DNA from: Camelus ferus
Taxonomy: Eukaryota
Assembly: GCF_009834535.1 (NCBI RefSeq)
Contig: NC_045697.1
Location: 76,014,001 to 76,078,000, forward strand
Length of the DNA stretch: 64,000 nt
Direction: 5' to 3'
Shown: in pieces, positions 52,795 through 64,000 of the stretch
Layout: each line of letters begins with the position of its first letter
Position numbering within the stretch: position 1 is the stretch's first letter
The notes under the pieces: generated by a model
Databases searched by the model: none
The model's input: the letters and a program-made list of their open reading frames with translations, nothing else
What the model was told of the DNA's origin: nothing
Translations under genes and position numbers: made by a program

Positions 52795-54320
52795 CTGCAA
52801 GAAGACAGGCACATCGTCATGTTAGAGACTGTATTGTGAATGGGATACAAAGGACAGGCAGTTGGTCAACCAAGAGGTCAAGTTGCCTCATTATCTCCCC
52901 ACCTGTACCTAGAAGCAGAGAGCAAAAGAGCGAGCGAGAATTCTTCTCTGTGACCCTTGTCTCTACCACTTCATATTTAACATGGTTAGTGCGGACGCTA
53001 GCAGTGGTCTCATACACACATTAGGTTAATGATGTCCTAGGGCTGTGGCCACAGAACCCCCTTCAAGGAAAGCCCACTTAAGCAGGCATTCCTTTTATTT
53101 CTAACCACCAAACTTAGAGCCCACCTCTGGTAGTGTTCATGATAAATCTCCCTTCCTGTGGATTCCACCATCTAATTAAAAGTCCATAATGTTAACTGAG
53201 GACCCTTGGCCCCCAGGGCATAGGCATGATAACAAAGGGCAGCAGTAGAAATGTTCAGGCAGAACCTGAGAAAACTCAAAAAGATAATTTTGAAGACATT
53301 TCTGGCAGTTAAGAATCTTGTTCCTAAAACAGACACAATAACATGAATGTGCCTCATTTCAAAATCATCTTAATCACAATTTTACAATGTTTGGTCCCAT
53401 GGTCGTTTCAAACAAGTGTAACAGAACACATATCACATCCAATATCTCTATCTTATGTCTGCAGTGATAACCACATTAACCAATAACAAAAAATAAAACC
53501 ATAAGATTATATTGAGTATACTGTGGGAATATATTTAAGTATATATTTTCAGCACCTCGAAGTATTTTTTCTTCATGTCACATGACCGGACCATTGAGGC
53601 TTTATGTCTTTGGCAAGTTGACTGAAACTGTTCTCACAAACACTAAGGCAAACAGCAGATACTAGTGACCTTGGGAAGCAGCATGTCAAAAATATGGAGT
53701 GGTCTTCAAGAGTATTAAGGCACGCCAGGAGGAGGGCAGCGGACAGAGGGAGAGCACGCTTCTCACGGGCACTGCTGTCTTCCTTTCAAATACAGTGACT
53801 GTGCTTTTCAGAAGGTGCAATAAGGTTCCATGTGTCTAGAACCTTCATCCTCATTTTCTCCTCCTAGCTCCCATTTGCCCTTCAAGACTCATCTCAAGTG
53901 TCATTTGCTCCAGGAGCCTTCTATGCGTCACCCTGCCGCACCCCCAGGCAGAGCTCATCACTGTAACCTAGCTCCTCACAGGCACCATGACGGGCTGCGT
54001 CCCGGGGCCCCTCTCCACATGGCTGTCAGCTCACACGCGCACCGCCCGTGTCTCAGCACGTCTCTGCCACTCAGACGTGCCTGGGGCACGCGACTGTGGC
54101 CGGAGGTGTCCGGCTGATGCTGCCTTTATGAGGGGCTATATTCTAGATATAAACCAGTGCTTCAAGACAACTTACATTTAAGGTAGACAAAAGGACCTAA
54201 GGAGTCTGGATATGTCAACTTACACAAAAACAAAATTCATGTGTGGTAAACATGCACAAAATTTTCATTAAAATTATATATAGTCCAGGGGTTTTCAGCA
54301 CTACATTTAAAAGCTCTAAG

Positions 54321-54468
54321 GGTGGTGGTGGTGGTGGTGGTGGGGAGTATAGCTCAGTGGTAGAGTGTGTGCTTAGCATGCATGAGGTCCTAAGTTCAAT
54401 CCCCAGTACGTCCATTTAAAAAATAAACCTAATTACCCTCCCCAAACAAAAACAAAAAACTAAATAAG
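54321..54468 (+). mobile_element. tRNA-Ala-derived SINE (vic-1-like) with a (GGT)n-expanded 5' end
   Basis: A box TAGCTCAGTGG, B box GTTCAATCC, A-rich tail, TSD AGCTCTAAG (54312-54320 / 54469-54477). Confidence 0.9.
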
Positions 54469-56319
54469 AGCTCTAAGTAGTTGGCTGATCTCACCTGAGA
54501 AAATACATGCACTGTTGATTTATGAAAACTTCTGTTATGAAAAATGAAAGTTATAAAAACAAATTGAAGTTATAAAATCTATGATGCCATAGAATAGGGC
54601 ATTTTCATATTAAACCATTGAGATACATATTTAATACGCTCTCAGTGAGCACATGAGGATAGCATCCTGACAAATAAATGCTAGTATCTCATTTACAAGA
54701 TACAGAGCATGTACCTTGTTTGGACTCTATTCCTGTACCCTTATTTTAAAAACACACTAATATCTTTAGCTAAAGTGCTACCATTTGATTGACTTTTGTT
54801 TGCCTTAGTAATTAAGAGGCTTATTTTGATTATTATCAAAACTGTATATAACAAAGCTGGATTTCCCCTCCATTCAAAGGGATCCTAAAATCAAGTTATG
54901 CAATTTCCTTTAAAAGTTTTAAAAAGGAAAATCTTTAAGGGTAAAGTCACATTACACTGGTTTTCTTTAAAACTACTTTCTTCCCACTCTCCACATGGAG
55001 AAAAGGGGAAAGAATGAGAGAGAGATAGAGAGAGGTGTTTATCTCTTTTTAAAAGTAAAGCTCACTCCTTTCCTTAAGGGTCAGAAATAGAAACTTCAGC
55101 ATGCAATGCTCAGTCTATGCAGATTCACAGCACAGCAAAGCTCTCCCAGGCATCAAAGAAGGAAGCCATTCTCCCTTAGAAGACAACACCGACCAGGTCC
55201 AACAGACCCAGGACAGGGTTTGAGGAGGCCACTTCTGAAACCCTTCAGGTAGGGGACTGACTGATCTTCCCACTTAAAGGGCACCGCAGAGGCTCTATCC
55301 ACATAATGCTAATTACTGCCCAGAGAACAGAAGCCCAGTTCAGGGAGAAAACTCAACTAAAGCAGTGTTCCTAAGAAGGCCGTGGAAGACTGAGCTGGTC
55401 TGCCTGGAGGAGGGAACGTGCACAGATTGTGAAGTCAGGGGGCCTGGGTGTCACCTGCAGTTTAGCCACTACTTGGCCCTGGACAAATTACTCAATCTCT
55501 GGGCCTTTCCATTTCCCTCATCTGTAAAATGTAATGCTACTTATGCCACTGGTTTATTATAAGAATTAGAAAATAACAGCGTTTAAGACAGTTCTTGACA
55601 ATCGGCATATGGTAGTTATTAAGTAACCAAAACAACAATCCAGGAGAGCTGACGAACCTGCTGCTCACAAGTGACAAACAGCAGGACCCTTACTTCCACG
55701 TCACAATTGTACATCCAGCGTTTAAGCTCCAAATCCTGACCAGTAGTGACTCAGAGCACGTTACGGGAAACGAATGTATTCCAAAAGTCTAGGTGCCTCG
55801 TTACATGGGATGTATGATCTCGCACATGCAGCCCCGTGGACCCTCTACAGCAAGGGCCACACACTAACTGACGTATTGACTTACTTATGGCTTCACCTCG
55901 CCCTCTTTAAAAGGGACAATTCCATTTCACATGAAGACTGTCCTGGCTGGCACTCTGAATGCTAGTCTCACAAGGAACATGAAAATGATCTTCAGTTTTT
56001 AAAATTAAGAGCCTAAATAATCAAAATCACTCCTCTCTATACAATATGATAAAACTAATATCATTTATATTTTTTCTCAGAAAGTGTTTGCTGTATCAAG
56101 ACTACATGAGTAAGATGTTCAGTAATATAAATGATGTGGGTTTTTTTGCCAATAAAATCAGTACAACTTAAAAAATATGATAATACCTACTCCATCTGAA
56201 TAAAATATATAATAGACATCAGGGTGCATTAATATGAAACAAACAAATTTTTTTATCTAGTTCTGAGTAGTCTACGGCAAAACGGTCATTTAAATACATT
56301 GTAAAAGAACTGTAAAATA

Positions 56320-56800
56320 ATATAATCATTTTGGAAAGCAATTTGATGGTATGTATCAAGAACCTTTAAAATATTTATCTCCTTTACTCAACAATCACCA
56401 GTTGAATCTATCCTACAAAAATAAGTCCTAGATATAGAAAAAACTGTTATGCAGTTAGTTCATTGCAGGATTATTTCTGATTATAAAAAAAGTAGGAAGA
56501 AAATGTCTAAAAGCAGGAAAAAAATAAGTAAATTGTGACATTCACTCAATGAAATATTGTATAGAATATTTATATATCTGTATATCTGAATATTTGTATT
56601 GTATAGAAATATTGTATAGAATTGTATTGTTAACACTGATGTATAGAAACACTATGTCACAACAGAAAAATGCATATTATATGAGCAAGCAGCACAACAC
56701 AAAAGTGTGTATACACTCACCCACCAACTCACCCACTTATATCCAAGTGAAAAATAAAAACACATGCATAGAAAAAATACTGAAAGGTAGTGTAATTAGT
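56320..56800 (+). mobile_element. Ancient L1 (L1ME-type) 3' fragment
   Basis: 'cattttggaaagcaatttgatggtatgtatcaagaacctt...aatctatcctacaaaaataa...aaattgtgacattcactcaatgaaatatt'. Ends approximate. Confidence 0.55.
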
Positions 56801-57125
56801 TATTACTATGCTGCCTTCACATGATAAGATTATGGGCTTTTAATAAGACCTTTTTTTACCAACACTTTAATATAAAGTATTTACGGGGGGATTAAAAAAT
56901 TTTACTTAAAAAAATTCAGTAGCACTTATAGCCAATAAAAAAAATTATGACAGCTCAAAGCTTTCAAAATTCAATAGATCCATGAAATCTTTATTATAAA
57001 GTTCATTAACTTTCAAAAATAGGAAACAGCGCCAGCATTAGATATACCCTACAACACACTTCCTTGAAAAGAGCAAGAAAGAGCACTAGTGAGGGGAGAG
57101 CGGCTGGTGGGCGGGAGGCACTTAC

Positions 57126-57233
57126 GTAGTTGTCTCTGGCCGACCAGCCTGGGTAGAGCTGCATGTGGAGCTGTCTCTCCTTCCGTGCTAATTCATAATA
57201 TTTAGCCTGTTCTTCACGGGAGAGGGCGTGCCA
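57126..57233 (-). CDS. LEF1: LEF1 exon 9, HMG box C-terminal half ([36 protein letters not shown])
   Basis: CAG acceptor, TAC|GTAAGT donor, 108 nt. TCF/LEF HMG-box sequence. Confidence 0.98.
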
Positions 57234-59462
57234 CTGAAACATAGAGGGGAAGAGGGAAAATCAAGTAAAAGCAAAATAGTAACAGTATTACATAGTCCAT
57301 ATTTTAAACACTGAAGAATAAAAATATTAAGCATATAAACTTTGATTTATTTTTAAATGGCAGAACCACGTGTTGCCGAAATCCAGCTGGAGTCTGGTGG
57401 CTGGAGTGAGACTCAAACTTTGGTTTCTCTATCCTGTTCTCATATTACATGAAACCTGTAGTGTGAAATGGCCTGTCACTCACCCCTTCTCTTCTCCAAC
57501 ACAAATGGAAGTGAATGTTCACTCGTGAGACTCAACACCCAACGTGGCCCTTTTTCATAGATTGTAGCATAGGCCAACACCGGAGCCCAAGCATCATTTA
57601 TTTACGCAAATAAGCTCATGTCCAAAGGTTTCTTCCACACGGATACATCCTGGCCCTCTCTGTCATATGAATAGTCTGAAACCTTCATCACATGATGCTG
57701 TCTATAGCAGCAGAAGTCAGTCTGCCTCAGTCTCTTCACCCTCCCCTCACACTTATTTAAACACTCATTGTTCAAAGGGAAGAACACTCATAACACTGTA
57801 CAATCACTCATGCACAGTTTATGGCTATGTTTATAGCTTCCTTCTGATTGAAAGCAAGAAGCAGGATCTAAGTTTATTTTGCTATCTAGAATTTGAGACT
57901 TGCAGGTCTAATTTGGAGAATGGAGCAGCTGACTCCCTGCAAACTTTCCATTTCCCTTTATGTGACTGATGTATATCTTACAGAGCAAAACAGCTCATGT
58001 AGGCAAGGCACCATCTGGGATCTTCCGCAGCCTGTAATTTGCACTTTGTGTGTTTGCACACAACTTGCCCCACGTCCTCAATGGGCAGTTTTCAAGTACG
58101 TTCCCTACTTCCCTTCTCTCTGTCTTCAGAACCCCCGAGAACTGGCTGCACCGTGGGGGACCCGCTGGCCAGAGGTGACAGCACAGAGGCAATGGCTGCA
58201 GGAGGAGTGGACCTGAGCCCACACCACGCACACCTGCGTGAGTGTACACACACGCACGCATGCACGCACACTCTAGGTCAGCCTGGCTCCCACTCCAGCT
58301 CTCCCAGCCCTGGGGCGTGTTGCTGCCCATTTCTCTTCTTTCCCATTAAAAGCTGAGTGATTCTTTCTCATAGTCTACCCTCCACGTTGATTTTAATTTT
58401 GTTCTTGTTTTCAAAAATGATAAATCCAAAAGAAAAGAAAGGTGTAGTTGGATTGGGGGAAGGAAGGAGCAGGAAGGGAGACAGGCTGATGAGAAAGAAA
58501 GGCTGCCGTGGCGGAGGCTCCGTCTGTGTCCTCAGCCTGGACGCGGCCCCTAGAGCGCGGCCTCAAGGAGACAACACCTGCTGCTCTTGTCTGTTAAGAG
58601 AACCAGAACCTGATCTTGAGAAGAGCAGACAGCGCCCTGGGCTGCACCCACCCTCCCCAAAACTCCGGACGCGGTGGGGGCGGAGTCCATTTCCTTCAGA
58701 AAGCTCCGTGGAAGCCAGGGCCTCTGTGTCGGGTAGGGTAAATGATTTCATTTCTAATTGCTTTAGAAGTGCAGACTGTAAAGTTAAGAGCCTAAAGCAA
58801 ATCAGGTAATGTGCTTTTCTTAAAAAAAAAAAAAAAAGTTGAGGGAGATGAGGTGGCAAGAAAAAAAACTCTGAAAAAGTAACCTGAGTTACCTGAGACA
58901 CAGTTCTTTGTATCAGCAGAGTAATCACAGTCAAGTCGTACCTTAGAAGCCACTCCTGGGGAGCAGTGGACGTTGAGGCAGGAAAAGTCACACTGCTTCT
59001 GTCAACTGACAGCTTTTCTAAATCTGAGTCCTGGACCTGGTGCTAGAGACCATCGCAGGGAGAATAAGCCAAGGTGGGCAGAGTAGAAAATATCAGCCTA
59101 CACTTTCTTCTTTTTTTTTGAGAAAAGACTGACTATTAACATTTAGACAGTTCTGGTGCTAATGTGATTGGCAAGCAGCAAAGCATTACTAAAAAGGAAC
59201 AAAAAAGGAGACTAAAGGGAAAAAAGATGTGACCTACTTTGTAAATTTATTCATTTGCTAATCTGTCATATTATTGCAAAATATATTTTATATTTATATA
59301 TAAGTATATTTTTATAATATAAAAAATTGAGTAATTTAAAGTAAAATTTCATATGATTATGACAGCTTTATAACTTGCTGAGAAAACTGGGAATTGTAAA
59401 GAAAACTATCTCCAAAAATACATATGGAGGTTGGGTTTTTTACCCAAACAACCAGTTAAACA

Positions 59463-59510
59463 AGCAGGAATTTTTCAGTTATAGCAGGAATTTTTCAGTT
59501 ATAGCAGGAA
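59463..59510. repeat. Perfect 20-bp tandem duplication (AGCAGGAATTTTTCAGTTAT x2.4)
   Basis: Directly visible: two exact units plus an 8-nt partial unit. Confidence 0.95.
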
Positions 59511-60439
59511 ACAGGTTGACAAGACCCTAGCTAACAAAACTAAGCAAAATTCAAGAGGGAAAAAACAGGCCACAGATTAAACTGTTCACTTGCATTTTCA
59601 GTTGCTTTTAGTTCCCTGGCATTTTGAATGCACAAACTCTACTCAGAATAAAACATCGTTTACCAGAGTAAAAGAATAGGTAACATGACGGCATTAAAGT
59701 TTTGCATTGAAAACAAAAATAAAGTCTGATACAAACTAGATGGTCCTTCTTTACAGGAATTTCTGAAACACAATTGACTGAAAATGCTTTTCTATCCTTT
59801 CTGCTTACTGACAGAAGCAAAATACCCATTTAATTTGAAGAAACTTACACAGTTCCAAGATGTAAAAATTCTAACAATAAATTTCCAATAAATGGACTTT
59901 CTCTAATAGCCTGGAAGGTCTGACAAGAAAAAGCTTAAAGTACTATTTATACTGTTATTTATAATACAGAGAAGAAAACTTTGATTCACATGCATATGAA
60001 TGAACATTTCTATGCCAGAGATATAGCAAAGGTGAATAAAAATCAAAAGATAAAATGTTCCAGGATGAATTTCAGTTCCACTATTAAGAAGTCTAATTAT
60101 CCCAGCGTAAAACTTCATGATTTTAAAGCCAGGAACTTTAAAGAACTAGCAAGGACTACCCTGCCAGAGGGGAGCTATGAAAGGACAGAAAACCTGATCT
60201 TAATCAAAGATCTCAGAGGCCTATAAATAGAAACAGGTGTCCAAATCAAAGACAGAGAGAGACCCCAAATGAGAACCATCCTTGAGGACACATGCTCTGA
60301 TCTGGGGATTGTTAAGGGAGCTGAGAAAGTAGCAACTGTTGGAAACATGCATTAAAAATAGGAAGCGTACATCTATATCATATCCTTACTTTCCTGAGCA
60401 GGAAAATAAATCCCACTGGAGGACCAGGGACCTTTAATT

Positions 60440-60475
60440 CAAACAAAACAAAACAAAACAAAACAAAACAAACAA
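60440..60475. repeat. (CAAAA)n microsatellite
   Basis: About six consecutive pentamer units. Confidence 0.9.
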
Positions 60476-61649
60476 AAAAACCCCCCAAAAAACTAAGAGT
60501 TTTACACAAGCTGAAATAAGAACCCTTCTTTTCCTCTGACTTCTTTTAAAGGGTCAGGGGAAATGGTCATCAGCCTTTAAGCTTTTAAGGCAGAGTTCTT
60601 CAAAGATGATGGGAATCACTCATCTGCAATGATCTCGCTTGGGAAATCATTGTAATTATTGTTATTAAGTGTTTAAGAATCCACAGGGAGATAGAGTATT
60701 GTGCACAGGGCACCAAAAGAGCTATAATCTGCCACTGCACCCTACCCCTGAAACCCTGGTGTCCTGCAGATTGGAAATAGCTGCATCCTTATGCTATCCA
60801 ACAGGAATCGATAATACAAGAACGCCTCCTTTCCTCCATCTGTTCACATGGCCTGGAAATCTCCTGAATGTTTTCTGTTATAAATGCTGAAATGTATTAG
60901 GTTTGTAACAAACATGATAAAAATTATCATCAACAGCCAAAACATGATCTCTAAGTCTCACAAAGGTTGTTAAGCCCCTCCTCCTGAATATTCATTTGCA
61001 AATCATGAATTTAAGAGGTTGCAAAAACAGATACACAAGGTCCTATTTTAAGAGGCTACCACACATACACGAAGAGCACTGACAAGGGAAGATGAGGCAT
61101 TTCTGAAATTATAATGCAGTTACAAGAAAAATGTTACTTGAATTAGAAAAATTCAGTTTTCTTCTTCCACCCTTCAGCTACCTAACTAAATAAACCCATC
61201 TCAACCCTCAGTACGTACCAGGGAGGACTGACCAGCCTTTGGGCTGGTGGCCGGATAAAGAAATCTAAGAGGGTCTGTTCTAACTGCAGTCCCGTGCCTG
61301 GTACTGGACAGGCGCTCAGAACAAGCTCTCAGCGTTGGTGAAAGAAGCAATAAAAGAAAAAGAGAGGGGCAACCCAGAAAGTTGGCACATGTACACTTTA
61401 AGAATCAGAGAGCCCATACAAATTCTTCCATTTACAGCTTCAACGTAGAACGATCTGCTTACAGGGGCAGCCACCTCTGCTTGCCAGGGTCTCCAGAAGC
61501 GTGGCTGGCCCCGCAAGGCCTTTCTGTAGCCCCCTGAGTGGGCTAAGTGCTCTCCTGCTTTGGCGTCTGCACACGCATGCTGCTCCGTGTGGGGGAGTCC
61601 ACCCACCCTGGCCCACTCACCGCTTCCTCCCCACTCACCTCTCAGGTCT

Positions 61650-61910
61650 CAGCTCAAGTGCTATTGTCTCAGAGGGGCCCTTCTCAGCCCCCTGTGTTCT
61701 CAGATTCTTGCTCTTCACATTCACGGTATTTATCACAATTTAATTATATATTTAATTGGGTAATTATTTGTCTAATAGCTGTATCCTGTCACAAAACTTC
61801 AAGCTCCATGAAGGCAAGGACTACATCTATTTTACTCAGAAAAATTATCTAATGCCTACTACAGAGCCTGGCACATAAATGACACTCAATAAATATTTGT
61901 GTAAAGAATG
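61650..61910 (+). mobile_element. L2 LINE 3' relic
   Basis: 'aagctccatgaaggcaaggact...cagagcctggcacataaatgacactcaataaatatttgt'. Confidence 0.7.
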
Positions 61911-61991
61911 ATAACAGGGAAAATAGTTATCATTTCCAGGAAGTTTCCTATGTGCCAGGTACAATCTAAGTTGTTTACAATGCATATATCA

Positions 61992-62114
61992 GGGGGAGGT
62001 TTAGCTCAGTGGTAGAGTGCGTGCTTAGCATGCACGAAGTCCTGGGTTCCATCCTCAGTACCTCTGTTATAAAGTAACCCTAATTACCTCCCCCTGCCCA
62101 CCAAAAAAATAAAC
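61992..62114 (+). mobile_element. tRNA-Ala-derived SINE (vic-1-like)
   Basis: GGGGGAGGTTTAGCTCAGTGGTAGAGTGCGTGCTTAGCATGCACGAAGTCCTGGGTTCCATCC, family tail CCTAATTACCTCCCC + A-run, TSD TTACAATGCAT..ATCA (61975-61991 / 62115-62132). Confidence 0.9.
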
Positions 62115-62297
62115 TTACAATGCATTAAATCATTTACTTCTAAAGGTTATCATGTTACTTCCTTGTTACTTCCCCAAGTAGCTGGTGACTATACAAATGC
62201 ATTCTATGACCACCTGATAGGTGAGTGCCTTGGGTTAGATTTTAATGAAGCAGTTCCACGGTTACCATGATTATTTACACAGCATCCCACTACTTAC

Positions 62298-62460
62298 CCT
62301 TCTGCCTAGAATCTGGTTGATAGCTGCACTTTCCTTTAGAGTACACTCCGCTACGACATTCGCTCTCATTTCTTTCATGTATAACATAAAAGCATTCAGA
62401 GGCTTCTTAATGTGAGGTCTTTTTGGCTCCTGCTCCTTCCTCTGTTCATGCTGAGGCTTC
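62298..62460 (-). CDS. LEF1: LEF1 exon 8, HMG box N-terminal half ([54 protein letters not shown])
   Basis: TAG acceptor, AGG|GTAAGT donor, 163 nt. Translated by hand; not in the ORF track. Confidence 0.98.
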
Positions 62461-63467
62461 CTACAAGGTAGGGGTGGGGTGGGTGGGGAAGGGGTAGACG
62501 AACAGGGAAGAGATGGGAGGAGATAAGCAGAGCACCTGTTTACATCCGAGTCCCACTCAGGCTGGGGACCGCCCTGGGCTCTGCAAGCCCCAGAACAGCA
62601 TCGACTTTGAAGAGTGAGTCACCAACTCTGTGTGAATAAGAAAGTTCACCTCTAGCTACTGAAGTGTTTAACACAACATGGACACGGGTTTGTGAAGATG
62701 CTCCATCTAGAGCCCTGAGGCCGAGCTCCTTGGTCACGGTGGGAAAAGCTGAACACATAGTGCAGGTGGTCAATCTTCCGCCAGAACTGAGGTTCTTCAC
62801 TTTTTTGGGTTAGTGGCCCCTCTGAGGGGTTAATGAAACTTTAGACTCTCTCCCCCAAACAAATGCATGCTGGCTTTGCCTGTAATTGTAGGGGTTTTAT
62901 GGCACGTGCTCACTCCATCCCAACCTCCCATCCCAGGACAAACCCTAGATTAAGAAACTCAATTACCAATCTCTTCAGAGAATGTAGCCCTGCTGTAACA
63001 GCCGTAGACAACCCTGACCCGAAAGGAAGTCCTGGGTTTGGTTTGCCCCTTTCCCTTGAATTCTGTGCTTTTGAAACCTTGATGGAGGGTCACTGCAGTT
63101 CCAGAAAGAAACACGTTAAACCCTCCAAAATCTACTCCACTCCGGGCTCCCCCAACAGTCAGAGCCCAAGTAAAACCTGGTAGTAAATGGTTAAAACAGC
63201 TCAAGTTGTTCAGTCCCTAAGCTCTGAAGATCACTCCCCTTTGGTGAGGTTCCCTTGACCTTTTAACACCTGTGCTCCTTCCCCATCTCAGAACCAAAAT
63301 CAGAGCAGTGGGAATCAAGCTGCTTAACGTCCTCAGGGACAGAGCTTTCAAGGCAGAGCTATACTGCTTTTCATAATCAGGGGAAGATTCAACAACAGGG
63401 AATAACTGTGTTGTCTGAATCCTCAGCACCGCAAGGCATATGCAGGTGAAAACAGAGGCACACTTAC

Positions 63468-63590
63468 ACGTGCATTAGGTCGCTGTCAGTGTGGGGGTGT
63501 TCCTGTTTGACCTGAGGCGTTACAATAGCTGGATGAGGGATGCCAGTTGTGTGGGGACCAGGAGGACCAGGAATCATATGATGAGAAAAC
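63468..63590 (-). CDS. LEF1: LEF1 exon 7 (FSHHMIPGPPGPHTTGIPHPAIVTPQVKQEHPHTDSDLMHV)
   Basis: TAG acceptor, CGT|GTAAGT donor, 123 nt. Contains the GIPHPAIV TCF/LEF motif. Confidence 0.97.
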
Positions 63591-64000
63591 CTAAAAGCAG
63601 GAAAGACAAGAAAAGAAAATGTACTGCTGTAGCAAAAGCTGAATGGAATTCTGAAACAACCCACTAACTGTTCCTGGCTGAGAATGAAAACACATCTTCC
63701 TACACAGGAGTATTAACTATAAGTGAGAGCAGGCTGATGATTAATTTCTTTCCTTTCTGTATTCAGGCGGAAAATATGTATAATTATTCACCATGTAACA
63801 GAATTTTTTTTTCAAGCTAATAGTGGAATCTGGCATTTTTCCTGGGAGGGCTCTAGGCCATAGGATTAAAAAAAAAAAAAAAGAGTCACTTTTCTTGCAA
63901 AGCAGTTTTCAGAGAAGAATTTCAGTAAGAGCAATTACTGGAAATATAACACTTTATTAAGATTAGCTTTTTAAATGATTTTAAAATCTAAAGATATTAC

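Noticed and set aside
54342..54414. Apparent tRNA-Ala(AGC) gene (also at ~61995 and ~8900)
   Set aside because: A-rich tails, TSDs (two copies), a shared non-tRNA 3' segment and stem-breaking mismatches identify these as SINE copies, not tRNA genes.
56550..56650. Repeated ATATTGTATAGAA-like units and a 91-aa ORF
   Set aside because: Low-complexity slippage within an old L1 fragment. Not an array with spacers and not coding.

Overview
Mammalian genomic DNA, most likely from a camelid (inferred from three tRNA-Ala-derived, vic-1-like SINEs and cetartiodactyl-type L1 3' ends). It holds two convergent genes in their known syntenic arrangement. HADH (short-chain 3-hydroxyacyl-CoA dehydrogenase) is on the + strand, exons 2-8, 4114-~29545. 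The 3' half of LEF1 is on the - strand, exons 7-12, 63590-~37675, and includes the HMG box, NLS and both alternative C-terminal tails. All exon boundaries are GT-AG and in phase. Introns carry a 4.6-kb truncated L1 with a target-site duplication (TSD) and a nested second L1 3' end, MER21 and MLT1 solo LTRs, MER DNA transposons, and MIR, L2 and CR1 relics. No new protein-coding system is evident. The best leads are: an orphan CpG island with promoter motifs and a clean splice donor/acceptor pair in the intergenic gap, pointing antisense into LEF1; re-splicing-competent starts of LEF1 exons 10 and 11, one of which would delete the NLS in frame; an L1-into-L1 insertion that seems to have resolved by homology; a dead counterpart of the human HADH cassette exon; and a well-preserved CR1 fragment just past the LEF1 poly(A) site. 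Repeat family names and orthologue comparisons are from memory, not from searches.
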